NCBI RefSeq assembly: GCF_009914755.1
Contig: NC_060926.1
Length of the DNA stretch: 64,000 nt
Reading direction: 5' to 3' (one strand)
Source of the DNA: the human T2T-CHM13v2.0 reference genome, Homo sapiens
Program-made: the position numbers and the translations under genes
The notes under the pieces: generated by a model
The model's database searches: none
What the model was told of the DNA's origin: nothing
The model's input: the letters and a program-made list of their open reading frames with translations, nothing else
Shown here: piece after piece, positions 1 to 15,307 of the stretch
Position numbering within the stretch: the stretch's first letter is position 1
Layout: each line of letters starts with the position of its first letter

Positions 1-2068
1 AATTAAAGGATGCATTTAGCTATCCACAGATATTCTATACCACAATTTTATCTTACATAAAAAGACTAATTCTCACATTCATCTAATATTACATAATACC
101 AGACATCTATTTAAGGGATGAAGTTAACGCAGTCCTTAATAAAAGAATAATGTTTTAGCACACACAGAAAGTACAGTACTGTAAGCAAGGAGATGAGTCA
201 AGTTGCATTATTCAGTTAGTTTAGCAAAATTATATGTAATCGTGTACCAGCCAACTTAGAATGTCCACGAGCAACTTCTTAGTCCATGCTGACGGAGTTA
301 ATATTACACTCAAAGTCTGCTCTAAGGTTCATGTGCTAAAGGATTCTTTATTTTTTAATTTAATGCAGGTAAATTGACTAACTGCAATTGTTACTACCAA
401 GAGGGTTGTTAATACAGAGAGGTCCATGCCAGGATCGTACAGGGGAAAGAGTGCCAATCTAGAGATCAAAATGCTTAATTCTAGTTTGAATTTCTGTCCA
501 GTACCCGAAGAAAATACCTAAAGTTAGCTTCATAGGGTTCTCATATTTTAAATGATAGAGACTATTCCTTGTAAAAGCTAAAGCCCTAGATTAGCGTGAT
601 TATCATATTGTTTATTGAAGAATTTACCATAATTTGAAAGGAACCTCACCATGTCTTAAGGCTAGGAAGTGTTTCCAGTAAGAACATAATGAACAGCAGT
701 AGTTAATATTATATACACACAGTTTAATGGATTAAGCATTACATTTAAAATAATTTTTATTCTCTAACATGTATATACATTTAATCATTACATATACATT
801 TAATGCATTAAGAAAAAAATTCTGTACTTTACTCTCCAAAGCATCAATTCAAAAAACATAACTACTTCAGCTTTTTCTACAAAAATGCTGATGGAGAAAA
901 AGAGTCCTCAGACATATTAAAATGTGCAAGGGTAATCATAGTTTGAGAGAAAATATTAGATATTTTTAAAGCAAAAGATTAGGAAAGGTTAAATTATTTT
1001 AAAAGTTTTACACAACGTATTTACTTACAACTGTTCCAGAAAGTCTCCATAAAACAGTATTGTTCCTCTAGCGCTTTACTTTTAGAGAATGCTGAACCAA
1101 CTGTCCTGCTCTGTTACTAACTCAACTGTTTATCATGTATGTGTAAGCGCCAGGCACTTCTTACCTCTGGCAAATATGTAAAAGAAGGAATTCACTGGTC
1201 TTATCCAATCATTCTGGGAATAATCATGTTAACATTTTCACAGGCTCTTTTTCTAAAGAGAATGTGCTTTATGCAATAAAAATTACAAAAATAAAAAGCA
1301 GCTTCTTATCAAGCAATTTTAAAATTGGAGAATCCAATTTTTTGTTTCCTTTATAAAGTTATAAATGCAGATTCTCAACATATACAAAATCTTTAATTAT
1401 CTTAATTCATCGTTTGATCTGATTGCTAAGAAGCACATCTGTATAATATTTTTTAAAGCCTTAAAATTACTTGTAGGATGATAGTTTGAAGAAAGCTGAG
1501 TATATAAAAATAAAATTCAGAGAAAAAAGCAGGCATTTAATTTTGTAAAAAGAAAAAAAGAACCAGGTAAACTTCCTGGCAGATGCCCTAAATTGTCTCC
1601 CAGTGGGCCCAGGGCAAACATCATTTTCTACCACGGAAGCCTCAATACGGCCAATGGAAGCTGGTATTTCTGTTTCATGGCTTCACTTCTACTAACATTC
1701 TACTGTGAAGGCCCTGATGTGAAAGGAGAAGAATTTAAACAGCTAGATTTTATAGTCAGTCCTTTTCTAAATCAAAGTGCATCTTTGCAACAATTCCGAT
1801 TTTTCCAGAATGTTCAAAATCAAATGCAGACTATTCTAATATGAGTGACAGAAACTTTGATACAAAATCACATGTCCCATTACTTTCACTGACAGAAGCA
1901 TTATTTCTTCTTCCATGTGTGCAATACTGATTGATAAGGTTATAGCTCAAAATATCACAAGAACTGTGACTGGCACTTGCTTTCTAGCCTTGACTGTCTC
2001 TTATACAGCTCTACGTACTTTGTACCTACATCTGTCTCCACAACAAACATTTTTAAGAAGGTGTTCAT

Positions 2069-2315
2069 AAGAATGAGTCTAGAGCGTTAATGCATAGCAT
2101 GAGGATTGTGGCTAATAATATTGTACTGTATACTGGAAACTGGAAATTTGCTAAGAGTAGTTTTCAGGTGCCTGTATCACTTTTTTCAAAAAAAAAAAAA
2201 AAAGTAACCATGTGAGGAGATACATATTTTAATCTGCTTGACTGCAGTAATCATCTCAATATGTATATGTTTATCATAACAGCCATGTTGTATATCTTAA
2301 ATATATACAATAATA
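2069..2315 (+). mobile_element. L1MA/L1MB-type LINE-1 3' end fragment
   Basis: Recognisable L1M 3' UTR text (…aataatattgtactgtatactggaaa…tttgctaagagtag…taaccatgtgaggaga…ttgtatatcttaaatatatacaat). Confidence 0.75.
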
Positions 2316-2337
2316 ACTTCAAAAAACAAGATGTTCA

Positions 2338-2490
<153 letters not shown>

Positions 2491-2771
2491 TGCATTCATA
2501 GTTTCTACTTCTTTACCTCATAGCCTCTTGTGAGCCCACTTCCATCTGGCTACCACCCCCAACCCCACCCACACTGTCCTATATCTTCATTAACACCAAT
2601 GCCCCTCATGCTGCTCCAGATATTGAAGAACAGCATTCTTCTGTAATCTTATCTTGCTTGATTTCATCATGGCACTCTAAACATTTGATGTTGCCAATCC
2701 TGAAATCTTTCCCTGAAAACAGACTCCTACGTGCAATACATTCTGTTTTGTCTCTGTTGTCCTGCTGGTAG

Positions 2772-3075
2772 TTTGTTTTGTTTTGTTTTGTTTTGTGTTT
2801 TTAAAATGGAGTCTCACTCTGTCACCCAGGCTGGAGTGCAGTGGTGTGACTTTGGCTCACTGCAACCTCCGCCTACCAGATTCAAGTAATTCTCCTGCCT
2901 CAGCTTCCTGAGTAGCTGGGATTACAGGCGTGTGCCACCAGGCCCAGCTAATTTTTGTATTTTTAGTAGAGACAGGGTTTCACCATGTTGGCCTCGAACT
3001 CCTGACCTCAAGTGATCTGCCAGCCTTGGCCTATCAAAGTGCTGAGATTACAGGCGTGAGCCACGGCACCTGGCC
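2772..3075 (-). mobile_element. AluS element
   Basis: Full antisense Alu with a (TTTTG)n tail, ending …cacctggcc. Confidence 0.93.
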
Positions 3076-3189
3076 CTTGGTGGTAGTCTTTAGTGCCCAA
3101 ACACTCCCTCCTCTTATGCCCTCAAAGATACCCCAAGTTGTATAATCAGTTATAAGGGATCACCCTACTTGGGGGTCTTACTACCCATA

Positions 3190-4045
3190 TTTTAAAATCT
3201 CTTGGCTGCCCATTTGTCATCTCAAACTTGATAATGCCAAAAGTGAACTTTTCACCCCTCCTCCCTTAGTTTCCCTGCCTCAATAACAGCCCCAATACAG
3301 TCCCAAATCTAAGAATTTACCTTGGTTCATTCCTCTCTTTCCCTCACTTCCATTTTCAATCCAAAAAAGATGCTGAATTAATGTACTTCGTCTCCACTTC
3401 AACAAACCCCCCCAGTCCAATTCAACCCCCGGTCCTTTCCCACTCCACCCTGACAGTCTCCCTGCCTCTGCTCTCAGGCGGCATTCCAATCTCTTCCACA
3501 AAACTTCCATGTCACCATCTTAAAATGTAAACTATCAATTCATTCTCTGTTTTAAATCTTCCAAACGCTTCCCATGGCCCTTAGAATAAATCTCAAACTC
3601 CTTATCCTAGTAAAGGAAGCCCCAAACTGCAGTGCTATCTAGTTCTCATGGCCCCTTCATCAACCCACTTTGTTCCAGCAACACTGGCTTTTTCTAGGTC
3701 TGGTATATACAAGCACCCCCCGTCTTAGAGGCTTTGCCACTACTGTTCCTTGGACCTGGAATGCTTTTCCTCACTCAGATCCCTGTTTAAATGTTACCTT
3801 CTCATAAAGATTCTTAATCAAGTCTACGGTAGCATACCAATTGCTAACCCATCACCCTATTTTAATTCTCTTCAAAGCATTTATCACTGTTTTTTTTTAA
3901 TTTATTTTGTCTGTCTGCCCCCTCCCCGCCCACCGCCAACCTGGTTCCCCCTCAGAATCTAAACTCTGAGAAGAGACACCTTCTCAGTCTTCTCCTGATG
4001 CCTATAACAGGGACTGGGACTCGACAAGCAATCATCAAGTCTTTG
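3190..4045 (+). mobile_element. L2 3' portion
   Basis: L2-like motifs ctcaaacttgataatgccaaaagtgaact, cttagaataaatctcaaactcctt, cctggaatgcttt, and a terminal aaataagtgaat. Probably extends 5' past the Alu. Confidence 0.7.
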
Positions 4046-4234
4046 CTGTCAAATAAGTGAATCAGTTATGAGGAACACTTTTCTTTTTAATTTGATCACT
4101 TAACTATTTATATAAATTGTGATTAAGTGTCTTTGGAACAACATTATGATTAACATATATAAAAAGGACAATACTATTAGCCCTTGGAAAAAAACACAAA
4201 AATAATTACGATAGATATTTAATTTTTAAAAATA

Positions 4235-4480
4235 AACATTGTTTTGGAATAATTTTAGATTTACAGAAAAGTAGTAAAGTAACTAAAGACAGTTCCCATA
4301 TACACTTTACCTAGTTTCCTTTAATGTTAACATCTTATATAACAATGTACCTTTGGCAAAACTAATACTAAAATTAGTGATTATTAACTCCAGACTATAT
4401 TTGGATTTCAAGAGTTTGTCCACTAATGTCTTTTATATGTTCCATGATCTAATCCAGAATACCATATGGCATTTAGTACA
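4235..4480 (-). mobile_element. L1MC/ME 3' end fragment
   Basis: ggaataattttagatttacagaaaag…gttcccatatac…ttccatgatctaatccagaatacca, typical of an antisense old L1 tail. Confidence 0.65.
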
Positions 4481-4650
4481 AGTTTAATTTTGAATTGTAG
4501 CTTGATTTTTTTTTATTTTTCAAAATCTCTTTTCAGTTCTGTATCTGGCATATACAAACCTTACTATTGGTTTTATTTAAAAAGAAGTAATTTGATCCAA
4601 TGTAAAAGAAATAATATGCCAGGAAGAACAAAAATTCACTAAATCATGAG

Positions 4651-4652
<2 letters not shown>

Positions 4653-4680
<28 letters not shown>
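4653..4680. repeat. (CA)14 microsatellite
   Basis: Directly visible. Confidence 0.97.
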
Positions 4681-4682
<2 letters not shown>

Positions 4683-4753
4683 TACTGTTAAAGACAGACA
4701 GAATGATTACTACAGTATAATCCAAGATTCTTTTTAAAATTTTCTTTGCGTAC

Positions 4754-4870
4754 CTTCCTAAGGATGCTGCCTGCCCTAAGCGTCTCCTGAAACGTTTTGT
4801 ATATGCACCTATGCACCTGAGGATTCCAGGCAGCATTAAGGGAGAGTGACACAGGAATGCTGCTATATAC
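4754..4870 (-). other. Candidate cryptic/alternative exon, 117 nt
   Basis: On -: acceptor …gttatctacattcag|GTATAT and donor GGAAG|gtacgc. Open in two frames. An alternative acceptor ttctcattttccctaag| lies at 4910. Confidence 0.3.
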
Positions 4871-5479
4871 CTGAATGTAGATAACAGCAAGAATGCTCAC
4901 AATGATCCTTCTTAGGGAAAATGAGAACACAATCTTCTAAACCCAGATGAATGACATCCATGAATAGTAAGCTTAATATCAGCTTGATTTCCTAAAGCAA
5001 CTTTTAAAGAGTGTAAAACAACTTCCTTAACACAGGCATCACTGAGGCACAATAGAAATGAAATGGATCAAGTGTAAAAGAAACTGGCATAGGGGTACCT
5101 GCAGCCAGCTGGAGAAAAGGCTAGCAATAGTACAGGCTATTCAGATCTAACTAATTAATACTCTGGGAAACAAGAATCTGTGTTAGGAAGTTTTCCAGTT
5201 TTTCAAAAGACATAAGAACTCTGAATTTTTATGTAAAATTTTCTATGTTGTCAAATAATTTGCCCTGCTAAACACAGCATTCTATGTGGCCTTGGGAGAA
5301 TGGCACTGTAAACTCTAAGCCAGTGGCTAGATCTCACCACTGTTATCTGTTCCTATGCATAATGGCCAAGAGTTGCCAACAACAGCCACAAAAAGATAAT
5401 TCTGGTGCTTCTAATAGGATGGCTCTAATAGGCATAGCCTCAGATACATGAGAAAATCAGACAGACTGATCAGGGGAAA

Positions 5480-6380
<901 letters not shown>

Positions 6381-6419
6381 GGTCTTTAAGTTTCGCAGTC
6401 TCCAAATGAGATCAATTGC

Positions 6420-6441
6420 TTGTTGTTGTTGTTGTTGTTGT
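6420..6441. repeat. (TTG)n microsatellite
   Basis: Directly visible. Confidence 0.9.
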
Positions 6442-7404
6442 TTTGTTTTTCCCTATCCAAATTGTTTTTCTTCTATCCAAATTACTTTCCTATTCCTAAG
6501 TAGGGGTAGGAAAATTTGGTCTTTTCTTAGATTCTAGGTGGAAAAGTGATCCAAACATGTAAATATTACCATAGATCACAGGTTCTCTAATGAGAAAGGA
6601 TAAACAGTACGAATCATGGCAAAGTCACCATCTTTGCCTGGGAAATTTTCATCAGAACTGTCCTGCTCTCTCTTGATAACTTGAAGGAATCTGGGCTATC
6701 CCAGTCTTCTATTTTCCCGACAGGAAAAGCCAGGGAAGTTCCTTGCTCCCTTCAGCCTTAAGAACGATATTAAAGAGCCTTCACCAAAACTGATGAGGTC
6801 TTGAATCCCTCAGAGAATTCCATGTAAGCTTCAGGAGATGCAGCATTCTTCCTCCTTGCTCTTAATGACCTGTCCTGCCCTGCCCCACCCATGCCATTTC
6901 CCAGAACACAGAGCCTATTTCCACAGGACGCTTCCCAGCCTCCCACAGATTCTCAGGCCCAGGCAGGACGGTCACCTTACGGCAGGGATATTCTCTCTGA
7001 GTCTCTCGACCAAAAAGTCCCCTTTTAGCTCCTCCAAACAGAGACCACACAGACTAGGGCCTTCCTTCAGGTCTTTCTTCATCAGCCTCTGTCCCAATAA
7101 CTGAGCCTAGAGGGAAAGAGAAGACTTAAGATGATAGCACTCTGCAAATTTAGACCGAACATTAAAGGGAGGGTAGGGAATGTGCAGGTATGAGACATGG
7201 GTCAGGCCTCCATCTATGGGAATGTTCTCATATTGCACTCAGGGCCAAGATGAGGCCTAATGAGAAACAGGTTTGCCTCATGAATTTTAAAATATTTTAA
7301 AAATATGATATGATACTTTTATTTCTTTTATAGCTTAGATAAATAATGATGTCACTCTGCTATCCTACAATTCAAGCAAAGTGTTAACTTTACTAAATGT
7401 GAGG

Positions 7405-7580
7405 CAGTCTAGCAACACAGAGCTGACTACCTGGACCCAATTCCTGGTATTTCCGTAAGCTATCTGTGTGACCTGGAGCAAATTACTTATCCTCATTCTC
7501 CTAGATCCACATCTGTAAAATGGGGTAGTAATAACCGCCACTAAGGGGACTGTTGTAACCAAAGTTCTCAGCACAGTGCC
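7405..7580 (+). mobile_element. MIR
   Basis: MIR core tgtgtgacctggagcaaattactt…catctgtaaaatgggg. Confidence 0.8.
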
Positions 7581-8789
7581 ACTTGGAGGCTTTTCTACAA
7601 CATAGAAATGGCTGACACGGAGGGTTCTACTGCCACAAATGAGAACATAAGAGGCCTTTGTAGTAAACATTTCTGGGAATGAAAGGAATTCCACGTAATT
7701 CCTCCCTTTTATAAAAGTTTAAATTTATAAAAATTATTGGCCAACTTAAAGACATATGTTCTTTTTTTTTAAGGCTTCTGGGTCAGTCACATGGAAAAGT
7801 TTTGAGATTTTCATGGCTTTTCTTGAGAGCAATCTTTTTAGCATGGTTTCCTCTTGGACAATAATGAATAATTTAACATTAATTGAAGATCTAATTATTA
7901 TTTTCCTTGGATCTCAGGATAATGGGTTATGAGCTCAAAGACATAGATGATATTATCACCACAGCGAATGGACAAGAGCTGCAGCGCTCCTATTTATTCC
8001 ACAACCATTCCACTTTTGTGTGTTTTCAGCTTTATGCCTTATTTAGAAACCAAATAATGTTTGCCCTGGGTGGTGCTGCCGGAGTATCTGCCGGGCTAAG
8101 TGGAAATCCACAAGGCAGGGTAGGCGACAGACAGAGTGTAAATGCTGTGTTTTCATGGAGACTGCTGTCGCCTTGTGAGGTCTCTGGGCAAGGAGTAAAT
8201 GTAATTCTCAGTCAGTAATTTGCTGTTCCACTAAGTCAACTTTAGAACAGGCACCTTTAAGAATACCTTGCCTGTGATGTGCGTATTTTCTCCTGGGCGT
8301 TTCCTTATACTTAGGAGAATTTTAAATACACAAACATCCCTCCAGTATTTCAACAGCAGTAACGCATTTCCCTCTGTAATAGTCTGAGTTTCATAATGTT
8401 GCACTGTAATTATAAAAGTTTACTGCTTCAAAATCAAAAACACAAAAAGTAAGATTCAATACCTTTTACATACATCACAGTGAATACTACACAGAGAAAA
8501 CAAACATTTATCTTCTTTACATTGATTTAAGTTATTAGACTTTCTTTTTTAACCCAAAACCTTTTATTTTTTAGGTACCTCATATCCATATGACAAAAAT
8601 AGCACAATAATGGCCCATGCCTGTGATAACAGTATGTGAATACTTGTGGAGAGAGGCTGGAACAGTTTTGAGAAAGGCTGATAAAAATAAAATTGCTACT
8701 AACAAGTTGGAGAAGCATTGGGCCAATATTTAATTTTTAGATAAAAGAATACTTTGGTATCATCATGGTCAAATCAGAAGCTTTCATGT

Positions 8790-9015
8790 TCACTGTACAC
8801 TTACTGCAGACCAGACACTTTGTAAAGTGCTGCTGAGGTGCTCTTTCCCCTTTCTCACAATCCACAGACACATATCTTTATGGATACTTTACAAGATACT
8901 TCACTGATAAGGGTAAGAACTATTTAGCGAATTAGTCAAGGCAGTAGTACACCTTGGAGGCAGGACTTGAACCTAGGCAGTCTGACTATAGAGCTACATT
9001 CTTTTCCACTGAACT
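8790..9015 (-). mobile_element. MIR
   Basis: ggcaggacttgaacctaggcagtctgact (antisense MIR). Confidence 0.7.
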
Positions 9016-9809
9016 AAAAGTCAAATTTAATTTGAAATTGTGCCCTAAATTAAAACATAGATCCTGACTTTATTTCAAAGGCTTTATCTGTGAAGGTGCT
9101 CAAGACAAAACAAAGCATAAAGAAACCACATACACAGAGAAAACCAATAAAGTAGATCTATTTTCAACAAATCTCAAAAGTATAACAAGGTATTCAAACC
9201 TCATTACTGCTTTTTAGAGAAATTGTAAACATGCTTCCCTAAAAACATTATCAATGTGTTGTTGAATTTTTTAAAATGGAATAAAGCTATCCTTTCTTTT
9301 AAGTGTTTTTTCTTTAGCCTCAGAGAAGGCTATCCAGTTAAAAAAAAAATGGAACTTTTACCCTCATAACTTAGGACATTTTTTATCCAGCCAACACTTC
9401 TAATTCTCATTACTTTGAATTGTCTTTTACTTTTATGTTTGCAATTTTATATTCCCACAAATTACAAAAGTGAGAAAAATCTTGATGGCTGGCTTCATTC
9501 TTGCAGTTAATTCTCAGTATTATGAAAGTTTAAGAAAATGCCTGGCCTTTATTACTACTTCTTCTTAATTTTGTGAGTTTCACTTGCTCCTTTAATAAAA
9601 TTACTAATGTTTTAATAAAAAATTCTTCAGTAGAGCTCCTCATCCCTAAATTAACTGTTAATTATGTTTTTTAAATCACCTAACTGAAAAATTAGTCTAA
9701 CAAACCGAATAGAAAAGCATTATTTTATATCAACTGAGCAAGAAAGATCAAACCAGTTTCTTTCCATTATTTTGCAATCGGTGACATCATATTATTCACA
9801 TTAAAAAAA

Positions 9810-10026
9810 GAAAAAGCAGATTAGTAGATGCCAGGGGCTGAGGAAGAAAGGGAATGGGGAGGGACTGCTTTATGAGTACAGGCTTCCTTTAGGAACTGTT
9901 CTGGGCTAGGATAGTGGTGATGGTTGCACAACACTGTACATGTACTAACTGTTACTGTGTCTTACACATTAAAATGATTAAAATGGTAAATTCTATCTTG
10001 TGTATTTTACCACAATTTTAATAAAA
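9810..10026 (+). mobile_element. L1MB 3' end
   Basis: agattagtagatgccaggggctg…gatagtggtgatggttgcacaac…tattttaccacaat. Confidence 0.8.
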
Positions 10027-10440
10027 ACAGCCAGATATTTTAAGACTGTTATTAATATAACAAGTAGATTTCTGGTCAAAGATTTATACTTCATAATAGC
10101 AACTGAAATATAAAAATAACATTCTATAAATATATCACATTAAATGTTTAATAAAAGTTTAACATTCAAAATAACAAGAAAACCCACTGCAAGTATAATT
10201 TTATCACCTATAAAATCAGAACTTCCCCAAGATACATTTTAAATGGTTATACTTAAAATGTTATAACTTCAATAGTTCAGTAGTTTGCTTTGCTTTCCCA
10301 TTTTTTTTCATATATTACATAAAAGGGAGATTAAGCCTTCAGTATGCAATTATCACAACTATGTATTTTTTGGACTTCTACAGCAATATTCTAAGAATAA
10401 ATGCCCAAATCCCACAGGTCTTTCAGAAAGGCAAGATGAA

Positions 10441-10735
10441 GGACAGGCATGGTGGCTCACACCTATAATTCCATCACTTTGAGAAGCTGAGGTGAGAGAA
10501 TCAGTTGAGCCCAGGAATTCCAGATCAGCCTGGTCAACATAATGAGACCTCATCTCTACTAAAAATAAATATTAGAAAAAAAAATTAACCAGGTGTGGTG
10601 ACACGTGCTTGTGGTCCCAGCTACTCAGGAGGCTGAGGCAGGAGGATCACTTGAGCCTGGGAGGTCAAAGCTGCAGTGAGCTGTGATTGTGCCACTGCAT
10701 GCATTCTAGTGTGAGTACAGAGTAAGACCCTGTTG
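10441..10735 (+). mobile_element. AluJ element
   Basis: AluJ-type text (ttgagcccagga, ggtcaaagctgcagtgagctgtgat). Confidence 0.92.
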
Positions 10736-10792
10736 AGAAGAAGAGAAAAGAAAGGAAGAGAAAAGAAAAGAGAGGAGAGAGGAGAGAAGAGA
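10736..10792. repeat. Polypurine (AAAAG/AGAGG)n tract derived from the Alu tail
   Basis: Uninterrupted A/G run directly after the Alu. Confidence 0.9.
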
Positions 10793-11005
10793 GCCTCTCA
10801 AGTTGTGGGCTGTGGCTCTGAAGAAAGCAGTTCAGTGAATCAGTGTGGTCAGAAGCACATGTCCTTGCTGGGCTGGCCAGACCCAAACATTAAAAACTCC
10901 TCCTCCATCCCAGACATTCAATTACAGCCAAGATTTAGCAGTAGTGGTTTCAGACACTTTCATATTATAAGCAAGAGATCAAAATGAAGTTAAAACCATC
11001 ACACT

Positions 11006-11294
11006 GGCCAGGCGCAGTGATTCATGCCTATAAATCCCAGCACTTTAGGAGGCCAAGGAGGGAGGATAGCACGAGCCAGGAGTTTGAGACCAGCCTGGGC
11101 AACATAGCGAGATCCAATCACGACAAAATATAAAAAATTAGCCAGGCATGGTGGTGCATGCCTGTGGTCTCAGTTATTTAAGAGGCTGAAGCAGGAAGAT
11201 TGCTTGAGCCTGGGAGATCGAGCCTTCAGTAAGCCATGATTATGCCATTGCACTCCAGCATGGGCAACAGAGAGCTACCCTGTCTCAATCAATC
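11006..11294 (+). mobile_element. AluJ element
   Basis: Full dimer with a (TCAA)n tail. Confidence 0.92.
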
Positions 11295-12181
11295 AGTTAA
11301 CCCATCAAACACTTCTGATAAAAGTGGTATTTTCACATTCTTTCTAGAGGTGTGGAGCCAGGCCAGGAGAAGGAGGTGGCAAGACCGGAGTCCAGGCAGG
11401 AGAAGCAGCAGATCCAAGTAGACCACTGTCATCTTCTCAGGCTTCCTTTCTCTCTCGTCTCATGGTAGATTCTCTCATTTCAAAGTATTCACAGCATTTA
11501 GCTCTAACTTCATTCACATTAAGTTTTCATTTATGCATGTTTTATATGTTTTATATTTTATAGACTTTAAGATCCACAAAGGGAGTAGTATCACCATACT
11601 GCGCAACACACAGAAGTCACTCAATAAACATGTGCTTTTGTATATAATCCTAGGTCGTTTTATTATTCTATTTTTATATCTGCATTTTGTATCTCTAAAT
11701 TTTAAGTTCATTTCTTTAAGGCATAATTTGTAGATATTTCTTTAGTCCTCCAAGTTCCTTACACACTGCTAAAGCATACAGAAAGTGCTGGATCCACATA
11801 CGTAATTATTTCATGTGGCTGCTGCGGTGAATTCCAGAGTGATGTGAGCATATCCACCCATTGTCCACAGCACTGTGTTCTCTCTGCAAGGGCCAGCTCT
11901 AATGTGAATTTCCCTAAGAAGGCATCCTAATCTCTCCTCCCTTCCTTCTGTTTGCATAATCTGCTTCCCTGTCTTCTTTTCCCTAAGCCCTTAGAGGAGG
12001 CCATTCATGGGTAATCAGGGTGCAAAAAAGTGCTATATGATACTTATGCATTTATCTGTTTCCCTTTACACTGTGGATTCCCTTAGAGAAGGAAATTTGC
12101 TATTTTCATTTTTGGATTCCACTGGTACTAGAGCCAATACATGTTTTTTTAAAAACAATTAAAATACATATAAAATGAAGG

Positions 12182-12843
<662 letters not shown>

Positions 12844-14654
12844 TTAAAGCAAGGAAAACAATAGGCAAAGCCCTTCATGATGAGCCAGGAACAGACACAT
12901 AACTTCAAGCAGGGGTTAATACAGGAAGTTACACGAAATATTTTCATAGGAGCTAGAAGTTCCAAAAGTGAGAGACAATGTAGCTGAGTACTTGCTATGG
13001 CAACAAAAATAAACTTTATACCAATATTCCAGTCATCATATAACTATTCTTTCTCCTTGCTGGGAGTTTTCAGTGGTATTTGAGTCCAAGAAAGGAAAGA
13101 AAGAAAGAAAAAAAAAAGACATCAGAGGCTTATTCTCAAAGAAGAAAATAGGAAGCTGATTCAGGGGCATAGGCTACAGCTGATGTCTCCTTTGATTCAA
13201 AATAAATAGCTAGAGGAAATCCTCCTCCGCAACAAAAGGTAGATTTTTTTTTTTTTAAGTACCAAGCAGGTATAAAACAGGCAGCTAATTTGATTAAGGA
13301 ATTGAAATGAAGCAGTCACATTAAAAAAGATGGTAAATCTAATTTTTCGGATGAATAATAATGTCTTAAATTTGATTTCCAGTGTTTCTATGTATTATAT
13401 AAAACTAATTCTAGTTAACAAAGTTGAATTTGCTGCATATAGAAATGAATTAAGAATATTTTCATACGTGGATCAAAACTTCACAAACCCAGAGGGCTTT
13501 TCCTACACTCTGTTTGGAGTCTTTTCTGACTGCTCATATTCCACACAGTACTTTGATACATGTAAAGTGCAAGGCACCTTGCTAGAGAGCATAGGAGCTA
13601 TACTAAGATATAGAGTCCTGCCACAAATACACACAAAATAACATGAATACAAAGTGTCCTAAAAGTCATGCCAAATAAAACAGAGCATATAACTGGGCAG
13701 AGGGATGGAGAGTCACATGCTGGAGGAGGTGAGCGTTGACATGGTCTTATGGGATATGAACTTGAGATGTTGAAGTAGAACTGAGACATTTCTGGAAAAC
13801 TAGATGTATGAACAGAAGCAGGAGGAATAGGAGATGGTTTGGAAAACAGCAAGCAGCTCAGTTTCTTGGGTGATCCAGGAGAAGAAGCTCAAACAACAGT
13901 CAGTGATAACACTAAAAAAATCAAAAATTTTAAAAGTCTGGAATCACAGCATAAAGAACCCGTATGCAGGATTTTCATCTCGCAGCCCTGTCTCCCTCAG
14001 GAGACAGAGATCCAGAATCACTTCCCAGAATGGCTTCAGTGTCACCTTCCCAGATTCTTTGTCACCAACCCTTACCCACACCATTCTAATGATTTCCATT
14101 GTACTTCTTGAACTGCTAATTCCCAAAAAGCTTGGTACACCATTCTTAACATTTTCTATGACAGCATCCTCTACTTCCTTGCCTTAATGTATCTTGCTTT
14201 TTTCTTGATTATGCCATCTCCATCACACACTTCTCAAATGGACTCTGTTCATTCTCTGCTTGCCTCCACAGACCAGGGAAAGGAAACAGTCAGCATTTTC
14301 CTGAAGCCCTTCTGCACTAATGTATGACTGTAGTTCATTAACAACCATTCCTTCGCCCCCAAGGGTCTCACCATCCATGTCTATCACTTTAACCATGTTA
14401 ATCACTTAACTTCGAGTTGCCTTCCACAAACACTAAGGAATTGGACATCTGGCTAATGGTAAGCTTATCCTTCCTTAGTGCTGTCACCACTCTCTAAATT
14501 TCAGTCCCCATATTGATAAACCATTCAACATCCTACCTAGCTCACTGGCCTTTCCAAACTTGCACTCCATTACCACTAGGAACTTGTCATTACCTGAAAC
14601 ATCTCCACATCAGAAAAGTCAAACATATCAAATGTAATGATTATAATGTATCAA

Positions 14655-14895
14655 ATACAAGTTATGCAGATCTAATGCATGGCATGGTGACTGATACAAC
14701 TGAAATTTACTAATAGAGTAGAACTTAAATGTCCTCATCACAGACACAGAAAATGGTAACTATATGAGATGATGAATATGTTAATTAACAGTGGTAATCA
14801 TTTTACAATGTAAACATATATCAAAACATATTCTATATCTTAAATATATACAATTTTTTTTGGCAACTATACCTCAGTAAGGCTGGGGGAAAAAA
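14655..14895 (+). mobile_element. L1MA/MB 3' end
   Basis: gatctaatgcatggcatggtgact…aaatggtaactatatgagatgatg…tatacctcagtaaggctggggg. Confidence 0.75.
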
Positions 14896-15307
14896 TAAGT
14901 ATCCATCCTCTGAATATAGCTTCTTATACCTTTCCACTCCTGCATCCCTTGCCTGTGACCTTGAGCCCTCAAATAAATACCCTAACCTCATTTATATGCC
15001 ATCCATCATTGAGTACTTGAAGAAACACCAGGGCTACACTTTCACCTGCAACCTCAATTACTTTGCATCCTTGGTCTTCCAGCTTATATGGCTCATAACA
15101 TCCCAACTTGTATTTACTATAATAATAGCTTCCCTGCTCCCATAGGAGCTTCTGAAAAACGTAAACCCTGCAAAATTATTCCATTGTTGATTTCATAGTG
15201 CCTTCTTTTATGACTTGGTTTTCTAAATTTCTACAACCAAACCTGAAATAAACTTAGAATTTGAAAATGTGGGAAGCTCTTTATATTGAATAAAAATATC
15301 AATCACT

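Noticed and set aside
1023-1190. Minus-strand donors at 1023-1028 and ~1160, with ccagAGgtaag
   Set aside because: A recursive reading needs a disfavoured GAG acceptor; such motifs are common by chance.
13834-14187. 117-aa and overlapping ORFs
   Set aside because: No recognisable domain and no convincing splice or promoter context; length compatible with chance.
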